From Phoronis australis (taxonomy: Eukaryota; Animalia; Phoronida): DNA of 46,209 nt. The DNA lies in NCBI GenBank assembly GCA_002633005.1, contig NMRA01000107.1, positions 425,694-471,902 of the forward strand. The letters run 5' to 3'. Shown here piece by piece: positions 1 to 12,540 of the stretch (its first letter is position 1; each line of letters starts with the position of its first letter). A model generated the notes under the pieces. The model saw only the letters and a program-made list of their open reading frames with translations, had not been told where the DNA came from and searched no databases. The translations under genes and the position numbers were made by a program.

Positions 1-430
1 ATGAGTTCTTACCACTATAGGCCACCCAGTAATGACTGAACAGCTCATGTGTTCGGTGGTGTCTTCTGAATTGAAGTAAACTTTCTCACAGATTGAAACA
101 CCAGTTTTCACTGGGATTATTTCAACTTGATACTCATTATAAACTAAATTATGGTGACAGACAGTCCTCAACGTGATTTTTTCACGGGCAAGCTAAAACA
201 GTAACAACTAATTAATGATATGGGGAATCATTCTGAAACCCACAACAAAAATCACATGTAGTTGTAGATTCTGCACCTGACTGCCAGAGAACAAAACAAG
301 TGCCTAGAAATTAAAATAAATATTATAGTGAGTGAGAGGTGTCAATAACATGACCGAACAGAAATGCCACACAAAATCAGTGACGTGTAAATTTATCCTG
401 ACAGACAATTTGGTATGCATCTCTTTTAGG
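1..430 (+). mobile_element. Highly degenerate LINE AP-endonuclease fragment (tentative)
   Basis: Broken reading frames give HYRPPSND (YRPP motif), a GDFN-like remnant and KPTTKITCSC (resembles PTRIT motif); multiple stops/frameshifts. Confidence 0.3.
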
Positions 431-794
431 CAATGAAATCGAGAGTGGTGACATATGTTGCCCTCGTTTCCCTCGGCCGCGCGAAGCAACGCGTAGAAGC
501 TGACGCAATATGACGAATGTTGGTGTTGATGGTCATGCCAACATAATACACCCTGGACCCAGAACTGCTGATACATAGGTCTAACGCCTCAGACCCATTT
601 GGGCACCCACAGTAAAGCGTCACACTTTTACTGAAAAAAAGTAATTGCGGGCGGTCTGATACACGTTGTGCCAGACGTGCGCAGGCCTCGCATGTGGGCC
701 CATTGCACTGATCACCTAAACATATTTTTATGCTTTATAATATAAGGTTAAAACCTAGCTGAGGAGCTAGAAACCTGGCTCAAGGGTTTAGCAG

Positions 795-869
795 TGTGAC
801 CTGGTGGAACTCGAACCCACGATCTCGAGTAATGAAAGCGGGCACTTTTCAACCAGGCCACACTGCCTC
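795..869 (-). mobile_element. tRNA-derived SINE head / pseudo-tRNA
   Basis: Minus strand reads GGCAGTGTGGCCTGGTTG...GGGTTCGAGTTCCACC: Pol III A-box and B-box-like motifs at tRNA spacing, but no pairing acceptor stem. Confidence 0.55.
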
Positions 870-3193
870 CTCTTTTACTAGAAAAGCTCGCAGGCAGTTT
901 TATCCATCTCGGCGCCATGAGCACCCCCCCCCCCGCAAGTCTACCCGACGAGGTCGGAGGGAAAGTACAGAACCGGAAGCAGTCAACGGGAGACCAGTTA
1001 GCTTCAAGTGGCAGCAAGATGTCTCTTGAAGCTTCAGGAAAACCCAGGTTGATGTGTTCCCCAGTTCTATGCAAAGGAAACTGATCAGCTACAGAAGAAG
1101 TGGCAGGCCTGGTCGGAAAAAAGAGACAGACAAAAAATGGGAATATAGTTTTTTTGGACCTCTGCGTACATATAGTCATTTCTAAATGAAATCATTAATC
1201 TCGGAGACGTCTCCTCAGTTCATCCACGTCATGGCCGACCCAATTGAGTGAAGTAGGTTTTGTACAGGAAGATTCCATGAAAAGAATTCTACCTTGACAC
1301 CCTAACCGGTCATGATTGGACGACTGGACCGGTTTGCCCAGCACACAATCTACTGTTTTAGATCAAAGATGCCGCCATGCTGTTTTATTAAATCGCCGGG
1401 GCCCAGGATGCTGATGTCATCATTCTCTAGACAATGAGACCCATCATATACACAATGGGGCGCCAATTGTAAATTTAAATTATAGTTTTGTAAGTCAGTA
1501 AATAGCACACTTGTATAGTTCATTAAAAGCACACGTCATTAAGTTTTTAAATTTTGAAAATTGGACGAAATGTGACGTTTACAACCTAAAACGTTTGTTT
1601 AAGGTTGCAATATGATCCTCAATAATTCTACTGGATTTACAACATAATTGAGCTAATTACCAAACCAACAGGCAGCAGTTGGATTTTGAGGTAAGTCAAG
1701 TGTCAATCATTCTACAATTCTTTGCATGGGTAGACAATAGATTTCGGCCGGGAACCGCGAAAACTGTGAGAATTTTTTTCTGTTGACTCAAACACGGTTG
1801 CGGAGAACACCTGATCACCAAGAAAGTACGCACACTGCGTACAAAAGATACGATAGACCGGGCTGTCAGACGGCGCACTGCTTGGCGGCCCCAGTGACTA
1901 GTTATCTTTGCCCGCCGGGCACTGAGCCCAGGTAAGTATTGCGTGTTGTTAATGAGTGATTCAAAAAGTGACCAAAAGTGAGTGGAAGCAATCGTTTGTA
2001 CCGTAAACCAAAACAGAAGAATCCAAACACTGCATGCCGGTTCAAGATGTATATAATACCAGCTTAATTACCCCCATCGTGCAGCTGGTTTCTTTTGGGC
2101 CGCGAAGTCGCTCCATGTAGGCTGCCTAGGTTTAAGCTGGGCAAAAACCTCACACGGATTGCAACACCCGAGGAAAGTTATTTAGTGTTCCGCATACCGC
2201 AATAAGAGACAGTGACTACACACTGCAGACAGTCAGTATTGCGTCATGGCTACAAACGACTGAAACCAGGGCAAGCACGACGGAATTCGCCTTTAAAATC
2301 TGCTACTGTCATACACAGACTGTCGCAAACAGCTCGACATTGCAGTGATTGTTATTGTTGAAAGAATCAGAGTAAAGAAGTACACTGGCAGATACGTAGG
2401 CGACCGCCGCCATTGAGCTTTATCGACACAGTGCCAAATAGGTCGAACACCTGGTAAGGGTTGTCAGCAGCGGACGGACTGTAAAGGTATGTTGCCACTG
2501 CAAATTCATACATAGCTATATGCTTGAATGTTGTCTACGAAACATTCAAACCTCTAGATTGTCGCGCAGTGTCTGGCTAGACTGACACTGCCTCGGGCGC
2601 GCCGCGAGACAGTGACCACTCTATGCAGTGGCTTCCCCTTTAGCCTGCTCGGATGCATTGGAGGAGGCCCTCATAGGTAAACAGACTGTGTGTATCAGTT
2701 GTCTAACTTTTACAATTGAGAACTGATCGGTTGAGGTAATGGTGCTTTACACTGAGTCGGTTCATGTGTATTTCGCCGAGTACCTGCCGTGATTCGCGTG
2801 AGTTCATGCCCGCGCGTCAAACTTCTGAAATTTCTATCATCAGGAAATGCGTAGACTTGTATTTACTGAAAATATGTTTATTAGAAATATTCGTTCATTT
2901 AGGGTTTGACTGGGATGCTTCTTCGGGTTGTTGCTGTAAATTTATGGTGACATTTAAAATCTGCCCAATACCCTCGGTGGCTATATTTAGTACTGAGCGC
3001 GGGGATTCCCCGCTAGTCACGAGCTCACTCGGCAACATCTTGGAATGTTGCCAGACTACATAAATAACGTGTGGAAGTCATTGTTGATGCGTCAATGGCT
3101 GCATGCAGATCTAGGTCAGAAACTAATGTTATGTGCTGCCTTTTCTCCTTCATGGCTGAAATCAAAATGCGGCGACTACTTTGCAACCAAGTG

Positions 3194-3527
3194 TCAAGGT
3201 ACCAAAACTACACGGTTAACGGACTCATAAACACGGTCACGGACGCATGAACACTACTCATGTACCTGCTAACACCGTTCACTCACAAACACGGGAACGG
3301 AATCACAAAACACTATCCATTCACCCAAGTACACGGGACACGGACTCACATTCACGAAGAAACACGGTTAACGAACCGCCAAACACAGTTTACGGACAAA
3401 ATTTAGATGTCAGCTGACCCGGGTAGCCGATGAGTTCGTGTCCCGTGTATTTGGGTGAATGGATCGTGTTTTGTGAGTCCGTGACCGTGTTTATGAGTCC
3501 GTTAACCGTGTAGTTTAGATACCTTGA
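3194..3527. mobile_element. Foldback/MITE-like element with long terminal inverted repeats
   Basis: TCAAGGTACCAAAACTACACGGTTAACGGACTCATAAACACGGTCACGGAC at the left end is nearly the reverse complement of 3477-3527; a second internal inverted pair (3308-3349 vs 3431-3476); many ACACGG subrepeats. Confidence 0.75.
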
Positions 3528-4132
3528 ATGTGCAAACGTGTTTGGGCGAAAGTATAATCACAACGGGTAGTGTTGCAAGAACCCTGTAGTTGCTCGTTGG
3601 TGCCGATTGACAACATTTAGACCATGATGTGTGAATAAGTTAACAAAAAGGGAAAAAAAACGGTTCATATTGTTCTTAAAGTTAGTCTTACGGAATCGAG
3701 TTTGCTAGTAACAACTGAAGGCTTTATGTAACAAATCTACCCCGCGAACAAAGCCAGCGGTCATTTTTCACATATTAAAGCTACCAGAGGAGGAGCCTGC
3801 TTTATTTGATCAACTGTCTTATAAATTTTATCTAATTTTTCAACTAAATAATTGCGGAGTGTCGCGGAGACTTTTGACAAAAACTTCCGCAATTGGGATC
3901 GACCGATATACTTAAATTCACTGACATAACATGTGTCTTAGTTTAACATCCTGTATAAATATGATGTAATCTCAAGTTGGGCTGTGATTTATGCGTGAAG
4001 TTTTTTCTTCAACATCATGTGCATAATAAAGTAGAAATGACTGAAACAATTTCTTGTGGTTGGTAATAGTCAACAGTCTTGTGAATAGCCGACGAGAAAT
4101 GTGTTGCAAACCATTTGTCTATTTTTCAGGAA

Positions 4133-4939
4133 ATGCCGCGCGTGGATGAGCCGAGAGAGTTGAGGGAGATCGACTCGCTGTACGCTTGCCTTAAAAATAG
4201 TGATGCTGCTCGTAAAGAATTGGTTGAACAGAACGAAGCGTTGCGGAATAAGGTGTTGGAGCTTCAAGAGGCAGATTCAGCATCAATGGCAATGATTAAA
4301 CAGCTGCGCATAGAGAATGAGGCGTTGCTTGAGAACAGTCGAGCTAAGCAGCCGGAAAGTCAGTTGCCTGAACCCATCGAAGTGTCGAAAGGGATCAGTA
4401 CACAAGGGTCTGGCTTTGAATATTTGAGGAGGCGTGTGGAGGAACTAGAGGACGAGTTGAATGTATATAGGATTAAAGTTGGAACTGAAGATATGTTGCT
4501 AGATATGAGGGACAAATTTATTAAAGATCAGGAGAGTAAAATCAAGCGACTGGAAGATCAAGTCAGGTTTTTAACCAGCACTCAGAACGACAGTTCAGGT
4601 TCATGCGCCAACTTTTTTGATGAAATTTCTGCTCGTGCTGAACGGATCCGCCCGCGGGACCCGTTGCGCCTAAGCAGACGGTTCCGGACGGAAAAAATAA
4701 AAAACGAATGTCAACGTTGCCACAAACCAATCCCGACTGGTGAGGAGTTCTCAAAGTGCAGGTATCATAATCGCAAGCCGCTATCAATGTTCAGCTGGAG
4801 TAAAATGGATGACTATAAATCCCTTGCTACGGAACCGGGAAAATATTCAAAGCATATGTTGTGGCCTTGTTGCGGTTGGTTTAACACGCGAGCCGGACGT
4901 GGGTGCATGACAAACACGCATCACGTCATGATCAAATAG
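4133..4939 (+). CDS. Uncharacterised coiled-coil protein with C-terminal Cys/His (CHORD/REXO1-like) putative zinc-binding domain; terminal or sole coding exon
   Basis: 268-codon ORF from ATG 4133, directly after a splice acceptor (TTGTCTATTTTTCAG|G, 4129); two E/K/L/R-rich heptad segments; CQRC..CRYH..WPCC..GC..HH motif; AATAAA at 5180. Confidence 0.75.
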   Translation: MPRVDEPRELREIDSLYACLKNSDAARKELVEQNEALRNKVLELQEADSASMAMIKQLRIENEALLENSRAKQPESQLPEPIEVSKGISTQGSGFEYLRRRVEELEDELNVYRIKVGTEDMLLDMRDKFIKDQESKIKRLEDQVRFLTSTQNDSSGSCANFFDEISARAERIRPRDPLRLSRRFRTEKIKNECQRCHKPIPTGEEFSKCRYHNRKPLSMFSWSKMDDYKSLATEPGKYSKHMLWPCCGWFNTRAGRGCMTNTHHVMIK

Positions 4940-5179
4940 GGTGTTCGCATTATATGAACATGTGATATGTTTGCCACAGTCCTGTGTATGTTTGTGAACT
5001 GGTCAGTGAGATGGCGTAAGAATTAGTGCATGTCTCACTCGTTTGTGTTTATTGTATTTGACTACTTGAATCATAATATTAATTTGCAGGTAGTCCATTC
5101 AATTGTGCTATTTATATATGTATTGTACGTAACACGGAATGTTAATGCAAAACTGTATATTTATATTTCATTCATTGAA

Positions 5180-5185
5180 AATAAA
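5180..5185 (+). terminator. Polyadenylation signal of the coiled-coil gene
   Basis: AATAAA ~240 nt after the stop, following an AT/TG-rich 3'UTR-like stretch. Confidence 0.5.
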
Positions 5186-5340
5186 GCTTCCAATATAGTA
5201 CTCATGCTGTATACGGTAAAAACAACTGGGAATGGTGACTGGTTTGTGGCGTAACCTGTTACACGCTGAATATTTTTCACTGTGGTATTTTCCACAAAAA
5301 TTCTCGTACCCACAAACTTCCATTTCCTTATCAGTTGGAA

Positions 5341-5364
5341 CTAGGAACCAGTACTGGTTCCTAG
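5341..5364. repeat. Perfect 24-bp palindrome
   Basis: CTAGGAACCAGTACTGGTTCCTAG is its own reverse complement. Confidence 0.9.
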
Positions 5365-7744
5365 GTTGGAAGCTTCAGCTCAAAATTTATCCCTCGCAGC
5401 CAGCGCCATCTGTTAGTGACTGGGTGCATTTTCTATTTTCCTTCGCCCTCGGCTTTGTCGTACTTGTCTCACTGTTCTGGGATAGGTAGGTTGGTAGGTA
5501 AAATATTTGTCCCGCTTCATCGTCGATGATTGTTAAATTTTTGTTGATGAAATGTTTTTTTAAAATAGAAACACATTTCATGTCATTCTGCTAATAATTA
5601 GTTTCACTTGTGCGCATATTTTTGCGTGAGAAAAACATAATTGTCGTTATTGGACGTCCACTGTAAGTGGCGGGCCTAATTTAACTTGCTACAGTGTAGG
5701 AGGCAATGTGTTCTTAAATCTAAAAATCTGAATCGTATTGTTCTTGACTGAAATCTGTGCATAACGAGTTTTCTTGGGCTTTTCGAAGCCTGAGTACATT
5801 TATCTATAATTAAGTAAGCACGTTTTCAAATACAATAAGGTGATCTATATTGCTAAAAATAACAGTGATGGGCCCCCAAACGGAAAATCTAGCATTGAAA
5901 GAAGCTTCTCTTCTACGTGTTTTGCTGTGTCTTCCTTATCTCGTCTGCCCCTGCGGGACCTACGCCCGGCCTACGACCAAGGCGGTTGCCACGGTTTTTT
6001 ACTTTGACTCCGGCAAATTATCGAGGGGCATATGCCCCCGTCCCTCGCGATTCCTGCTCCCCTGTATGATGAAATATGTATACAAAAATACAGGGTCACA
6101 ATTGCGATCTTTTCAGTCACGGTCTAACTGTCGTTCACGAATTTTAAATGCGATCAATTAGCTGACATTGAGGGTTAATTAATGCAAGTACTTTAATTAA
6201 ACTACAGTTCAGTCATCAACTTGAAATCGTTCGTTCGCAGTTACTCTACACTTTGAGTTAATGAGTTATTGCTCGTGAGCACAGGCACTTGGTGGCGCCT
6301 CTGGGCCTAGTGCATTGCCCAACTTGGATTCGTTCCAAGTTAGCCCATTCACAGTGCATCAGCCTTTCAACGTCACGCTGATTGTGGTGCAGTCAGGCGT
6401 ACTGTATGTTGTGCCTGAGCTTGAGAGTTTTGTGTGAACGAGATGACGTGGGGAATTTGAGGATTGCGCAAGCATTTGCCACATGAAGTGTGTAAACCAT
6501 GATGGTCCGTTAGGGGGAGGGGGGGGGGGGNCCGTAAAATTACGCTCGTAACCACCAGCGTAAAGTGAAAAGAATTGTGTCGCCGTAAACTTACTATAAA
6601 AAAGCTATGTCTTTTATTCGCAAACTCCGCTTCCAAATCAGAAGCGGACGAATTAACTTGTCCCAGTGCCGTTTCCTCTACAATTTACAAAAATCGGATC
6701 CTCTGATCCCCAGTTGTTTGATTTCATTTCGTCGTATTTTTGATCCTATGCTCGTTTAAGTCCATTAATGTCCCTTTTGAACACGTCTTCCTCTTAATTT
6801 ATTCAACCTTTGGTTCACGGCCTCTTTCTTTAGAGATCTTTTCACTTTCAACTAAAGCGGCTACCAGTTTGAGATTGGCCTTTCGAAATCATTTTCGAGC
6901 GTTCACATTTCCTTTCAAAAGTCTTGAAACTACAGCATTATAGATGTTGAATCTCAAATAGATGTTTTATAACTGGCTTACAACTTTTATAGTTCGCTGT
7001 GAACCCAATGTCACAGAGGCCGCGACTCGAACTTGGTGCATTCGTTCTCGTTATGCATGCAGACGCACAACTCCCTCAGGATCAAGACTACGTTTTGTCT
7101 TCGTTTTCTCCGGCATCTTTCTATCTCATGTGCATCTCACTGACACATCATTATGGCGACTGGGTGAACAAAGGACTGAGGATAGAAACGGAACTGTTCT
7201 AAGCTTGGCGGGAGTTTCGATTTGAGTGACGCAGCCCTGTAACCTTTGACCATGGATAAGTAGTCAACAAATTTCTATGCAGTTGTGCGACTCCAAGATA
7301 GTTCTGATAAATGTTTTTTTCTCGCTACACGGTGTATACTTCGTATTCGAAATTCCCCCAGAATGAAAATAAGGTATTTTGCTCGACACTTGAAATATTG
7401 TAAAAACTGAAAATTTTTGTGAATAATGTTTGAAATATCCTTAATTGCCATTCTTGGTGTTCATCCCTTATGTTAGGGGTCTCTTAAGTAACTTTTAACA
7501 AAAAATCAGTTTGTCGTAATGCAAATACTATAAGGAAGACATTATTGGTTAATTCAGTGGTTCATTTAAACCACAAGAAATAGTGATACTTTAACAATTA
7601 AATGGGTTTAAAGTGGACGTAAACTCGCAAAGTTCATTAAACGCACAGACTCACTTGGCTTGGGTAGAACTGATTGGTCGTAATTATTGCTTATTATATC
7701 ACACAATCAGCCTGACATGGACATTACAACCATTGATTAACACA

Positions 7745-9091
7745 TTTTGTTAATCAATTTATTATTCATAAGACAGTGTATGCCACCGGCCCATATCACA
7801 CGTACAATACGAACAGTTAACAGCAAACACACAAATCACACGTAGAATACAGGCTATTAACAATAAAATTGTCAAATAACTTTGTTTGTCATGCGAAACA
7901 CCTGAAATAAAAATAAGCTAATATTTTGAATGACAAATTCATTTTATGAAGACATAAGATTAATGAAGTTTCGTTCACACGGATTAGAATACAAATGTTC
8001 TGGTATAAACCTTTTCCTAATGTCAGTGTATAATGTACAAATAAATAACATGTGAAACTCATTTTCAATTTTACGTTTTCCTAAGTTACAACAGAAAATA
8101 CACAAACGCTCTTCTCTGGGGATATCATTATGTCTCCCTTGTTATATTCGAAGACAGTGACAAGAACAATGAAAGCGGACAATGATTGCCCCGAGATGTT
8201 TGTCCTTGATGCCGAAAAAATGTATAGCACAGTCACTTATTCTCTGTATGAATTGAGGTAGGAAAATTTGCCTTACTTACAACAGTTTGACAAATCGAAA
8301 CAAATCCATGCGTGAATAGATCATTTTTCACCTTCGTACAATACGTTTTGCGACCTTCGTCAAGCTGTCGCATATACACTGATTTTGGAAGTCTATCATC
8401 GCTCATTTCCAGTAGCTTTATTCAAAATTTGATCAGTTTTGTCAGACAATGTACTCAGACAGGAAGTCTCCTAAACTTACCAAGGACTGCAGCGTTGCTC
8501 GCAGAAGACGGGATATTCAGAAAATACTTGAAATGATTTACCCGGACAGAATCTATACAACTTTGGTATCAAAACCCCAACATTCTGAATCATGTGTTAT
8601 GATAAGTAAAATCATTTTGCCAAATAATTTCATGGCAATGCTGGGTGATAGACCCTTGCACTTCACTGGAGCTGATTTCATTAAGACCACTAACTTCAAT
8701 GGTTGTGATACAAAGGTGTCCTGAGCGAGAGTCCAAACTAACTTTGGCATAAACAAAGTCCCAAACATTTAAAACAGTTAACGACTTCGAGGTTAGTAGC
8801 GTCAAAATACCAATTTTCGTAGCTTCTTAGTTTCCCCCATTGCGGAAAACCATTACTCGTGTCTTTTTGAGATTTACTTTTGTCCCCCAGCCCCTTCTTC
8901 TTACAATAATCTGACAATTTGCCATATTGTCAGCGTGCAATAAATTTATTATATAGGAAAACTCTTCAGAAAAGTATACGCTCTTACACTTTAACCAACT
9001 CATTTAAATGCTTTATAAATAACAATGGGGTAAGCATACAACCCTGTCTGGTACCGATTGGACATTGGAATAGATCAGTCAAACCATCTGG
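7745..9091 (-). mobile_element. 5'-truncated, decayed non-LTR retrotransposon (RTE-X-like LINE): RT C-terminal half plus CCHC tail
   Basis: Minus-strand translation gives RQGCMLTPLLF, LLHADN (YADD-like), KVNLKKTRVMVFRNGG, ASNAAVLG, ERLCIFC..IENEFHMLFIC, with stops and frameshifts; AT-rich 3' tail with AATAAA near 7757. Confidence 0.85.
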
Positions 9092-9092
9092 G

Positions 9093-10112
9093 AAAATATT
9101 GCAGTGTTAGGAGCATGACGCAGTGTTTTTTTTTTGTTTTTTTTTAATCTCTTTGACACACTAATTTCACCCATTCAAGAACCGAGCAGCTAATTTTAAT
9201 TAAAATGTGTTCATCTTGCGCTGCGGAGTACAGATGTCCGCGCAGGCCAGGCGGTCGAGCTTTGCCTAGTAGTAGCTGATACGAATGATTCTAGCTGAAT
9301 GGGAATTATTTCTTTTACTTTAAACTCATTAATATTGATATTATACCATTCGGCACCATATTAAGTTTTTTTTCTGAAGTTATTTCGTCACCAATTGGTA
9401 TTTTGTCGTCAGCCTCCCGGCCGTAACGGAAGTTTCCCTGTCTAAATCTATTTTCCATATTTTCGTCAGGATATTCTAACTGTATAGCAAGGTTACTCAT
9501 CTATTTTGATATTGCTTATTCGTTGTTATGTTTGTACTGTTTACCAGAGTTAATTACTTCCAGTAAAACACGCCTAGCCCAATCGCGATAGTCGGCCTTG
9601 TTATTCAGTCGCTAGCTCAGGACTTTGACTAGTCCGTAAGTATATATGCAAGTGTCCGAAACCATCTTTGAACGTATACGGCATTGATGATTTGAACTGT
9701 TTATTCCGATAAAACAGCCAGCGACCGCATGCCTTCGCCTTTGGCTAGTGCTGGTCTCGGTGCGCACCGGGTCATCGGTTGCAGTACAGACTCCGTCCAA
9801 TTATTTTTCTGTCAAAATTTAGATGGCACATTTTGTCGACAATTCGGTTTAACTAAAGTTAAGGTCCGCTTTCTATTAGTTTATACCGGTTTGCAGGCTG
9901 GTAACAGACACTGCTGTCGTAGCACAGCCGGCGTTGTAATCCTGTTTCCCGGTGTCGTGGTTAGTTCAAAATGGCGGTGTGTTCTTCGGGTCGGAATCAA
10001 TGAGTGGGGCGTTACCGTAGTTAAACTTTCATTGACTACAAATTGTGTCTTAGTTATGGGCTAGGCACTGCTCGATTCCTTATAACTTCATCTAACCATT
10101 TAATAAGGGTTA
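9093..10112. mobile_element. Non-autonomous piggyBac-like element (right part)
   Basis: Ends ...CATTTAATAAGGG|TTAA; an inverted diverged copy begins TTAA|CCCTTACTAAATGG at 29784; CCCTTATTAAA also precedes copy B at ~12369. TTAA target plus CCC terminus is the piggyBac signature. Confidence 0.55.
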
Positions 10113-11011
10113 AAAACGTGTACTATTAGGACTTTAACCACTGAGCTATTCAGCAGCTGACGTCATCTTACGTGAAAAATGAGAAGACGCACATTAATCG
10201 CATGTTAAACAAACCGCATTGTACCGACATTTATTACGCTGTGCAAAATAAGACGTACATTTTCAATAAAAACGATATATTTAATTCAGTAGAATTTATC
10301 TGTCATTTTCTCTCACTTGCAAATGATCGATCTCGAGTTTAAACGTGGGTAACATGTCGTCAGGAATCTTCAGTAACCAGTGGTAACTTACCATAGCAGA
10401 CGATATTTTCATGGTGGAAGCTTGGCATGATAAGATGTGTGGTAAACTCTCCTATTTGCTTAAAACTTATTTTAAATATTCACGTTGTTTCTAGTTTGTT
10501 TAAATTTTCAAATGATTTTGAGTGAAAACATTATTTTACACGACTGACTCGGGGTTTCTTAAAAGGTCACGACCTCCGACCCTCCTCTGACATAGAAAGT
10601 AGAACCAAAGCCGAGGCAAGTTGAGCAAGGCAGATCGATCGTTCAGTATGTTGTATAATAGATTACTACATGTTTTAAGTCTTTATCCCTCCTTATCTAG
10701 AGCCCTAGTTCCAAGTTGGAACACCAGACAGAGACGTGACGCTAGTTGGTGCAAGTTACGACGAAAACGCACTAACAGTCTGTAATATGAACAACCATGC
10801 CATGGAGCATTAAAATGGTTAGTGTCGCACTGTGTTTGGTTGACGGCGACCAAACCGCGCATTACACTTTTGTCGGACTTTCCGTGGCTTATTTTTGTCA
10901 GTCACGGTAACAGTAACGCGTCGAATTTACGGTAACCATAATTTGAAACCAAATGTGACCGGAGAATCCGGATGTAAAAAAAGCTTAACGGACTTTTGGG
11001 CTTGGTGACGT

Positions 11012-11078
11012 GCTTGTGGCGCAGTGGTAAAGGCGTGGCTTATGAATGAGAAGATCCCCGGATTGAATCACGATGAGT
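11012..11078 (+). mobile_element. tRNA-derived SINE head (degenerate)
   Basis: TGGCGCAGTGG A-box and GGATTGAATC degenerate B-box; no full cloverleaf. Confidence 0.5.
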
Positions 11079-12540
11079 TATGCGCTGTTTTACAAAAAAG
11101 TTTTGAAAAAATAACGAATTGTGTTACCATAACAGCGGTCAATGTAGAGGCATGAACAATCAATATGAAGAATTATTGGTTCCAAATATGAGTTTATAAG
11201 TTCACATTCTGTCCAAATCATATAAGAGGTCTTACATTGCATTTACTCATTTTATCTATGCTCAATACACAAATCACTTATTTTATAAATTTTACAAAAC
11301 TACTGACAGTTATTGAAGGGTAGGGTGTAGGACTACCGTGTCCTTTTGACACGAAGGCTGTACCACACGAAACAGGTGAAGAAATCAAGGTATTTTAATT
11401 GCAGATCCGAAACGCCTTTATATCGTCTCATCTGGGAATGGATTAATAGATTACACTGTCTCTAGTAATTAACACTTGGCATTCCATCCAACGGCTACAA
11501 ACTTTGAAAGTGCCTATCTTGCCGCAGATAATTTCACGAAGTCCAATTCTTGAGTACTGGAATCTTCGGAATATGCCTTCGCAGTTCGGTCTGAAAGTAG
11601 AGAGTGTTGCGTATTGAAAACCTTTGCATGTGAACAGGAATGATAAAGCTGAATGAATTCGATTTTCATTTAATAACACAAAAGTTAAATACAGCCGCAC
11701 ATCCAGCTCTTCCAAAGACGAGCGTCCAACACAACCACCCTTAAATAGCACAGCTCCAGTCTTTCTAAGATATTTACCCACAATGCAACAGGTGTCAAGC
11801 ATACGTCATGCTTCTTCACATGCAAATGTTCAAGTCACTATCTCGTACGTCCTACTTATTGTGTAATTCAGGTAAACACGCATTACTGCTTATTGAGNGA
11901 TTTGTTCGAGTTGGAAGGAATTAAAGACATTGACAGCCTCAGAAAGTGTCTCTCTATGCGCAAAAGGTACTTGTAACAACGTGACTTTGATTTTTAATTA
12001 GTGTGAGGCATAATTTGCCGAAAAACTTCCGGCGAATGAAGCGCCTATAGGAGCTTCACCGTCTCTAGAAACGGTGGTCACTGTTTAAGTACTAGCGAGC
12101 AATTGCCGTGTGACTACCCGGAGGTGTGAGCGCATTTCTGCAGCAAATCGGTACCGGCTTTATCGGCCGTTAAAATGTAAAATATAAAAAAAACTTCCAC
12201 ACACGGCGGTGTTTCAACAAACAAAAACAAGTTTTATCTCAAAACAGTGAGCTCCTTACCTAAATTTCAATAAAGCGCACCTGAGCTTGATTTTGCTACC
12301 CAGACACGACAATTACCGGCGAAGTAATTCCCCCTGCAGTTGTCGTGACACTTCGCCGGGAAATTAATCCCTTATTAAAACTGATTTTCAATTATTAGGG
12401 AAAATATATTTTAAGATGTGACAAAGACGTACAATATATACCTCTGTTGTCAAAATTTAAAAATTCCGCGATTGAAAACGCAAACGGGGTGTCAGTGTGT
12501 AGTAAACTGTAGGCTCTGAGCTGAATGTCGGCAATATGGA

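Larger units (their letters stand above)
9093..11897 (+). repeat. Copy A of a local near-identical duplication (9093-10013 and 10708-11897)
   Basis: Aligns by eye to 12541-13463 and 13555-14745 with scattered SNPs and small indels; ends exactly at the single N (11898). Confidence 0.92.

Noticed and set aside
795-869. Functional tRNA gene (also 11012-11078 and 13864-13930)
   Set aside because: A/B boxes present but acceptor and anticodon stems do not pair; treated as SINE heads.
11735-11880. TATA-like TTAAATAG plus short ATG frame ending at a CAG|GTAAAC donor (also in copy B)
   Set aside because: No convincing downstream in-frame exon; candidate continuation at ~14841 stops within ~30 codons.
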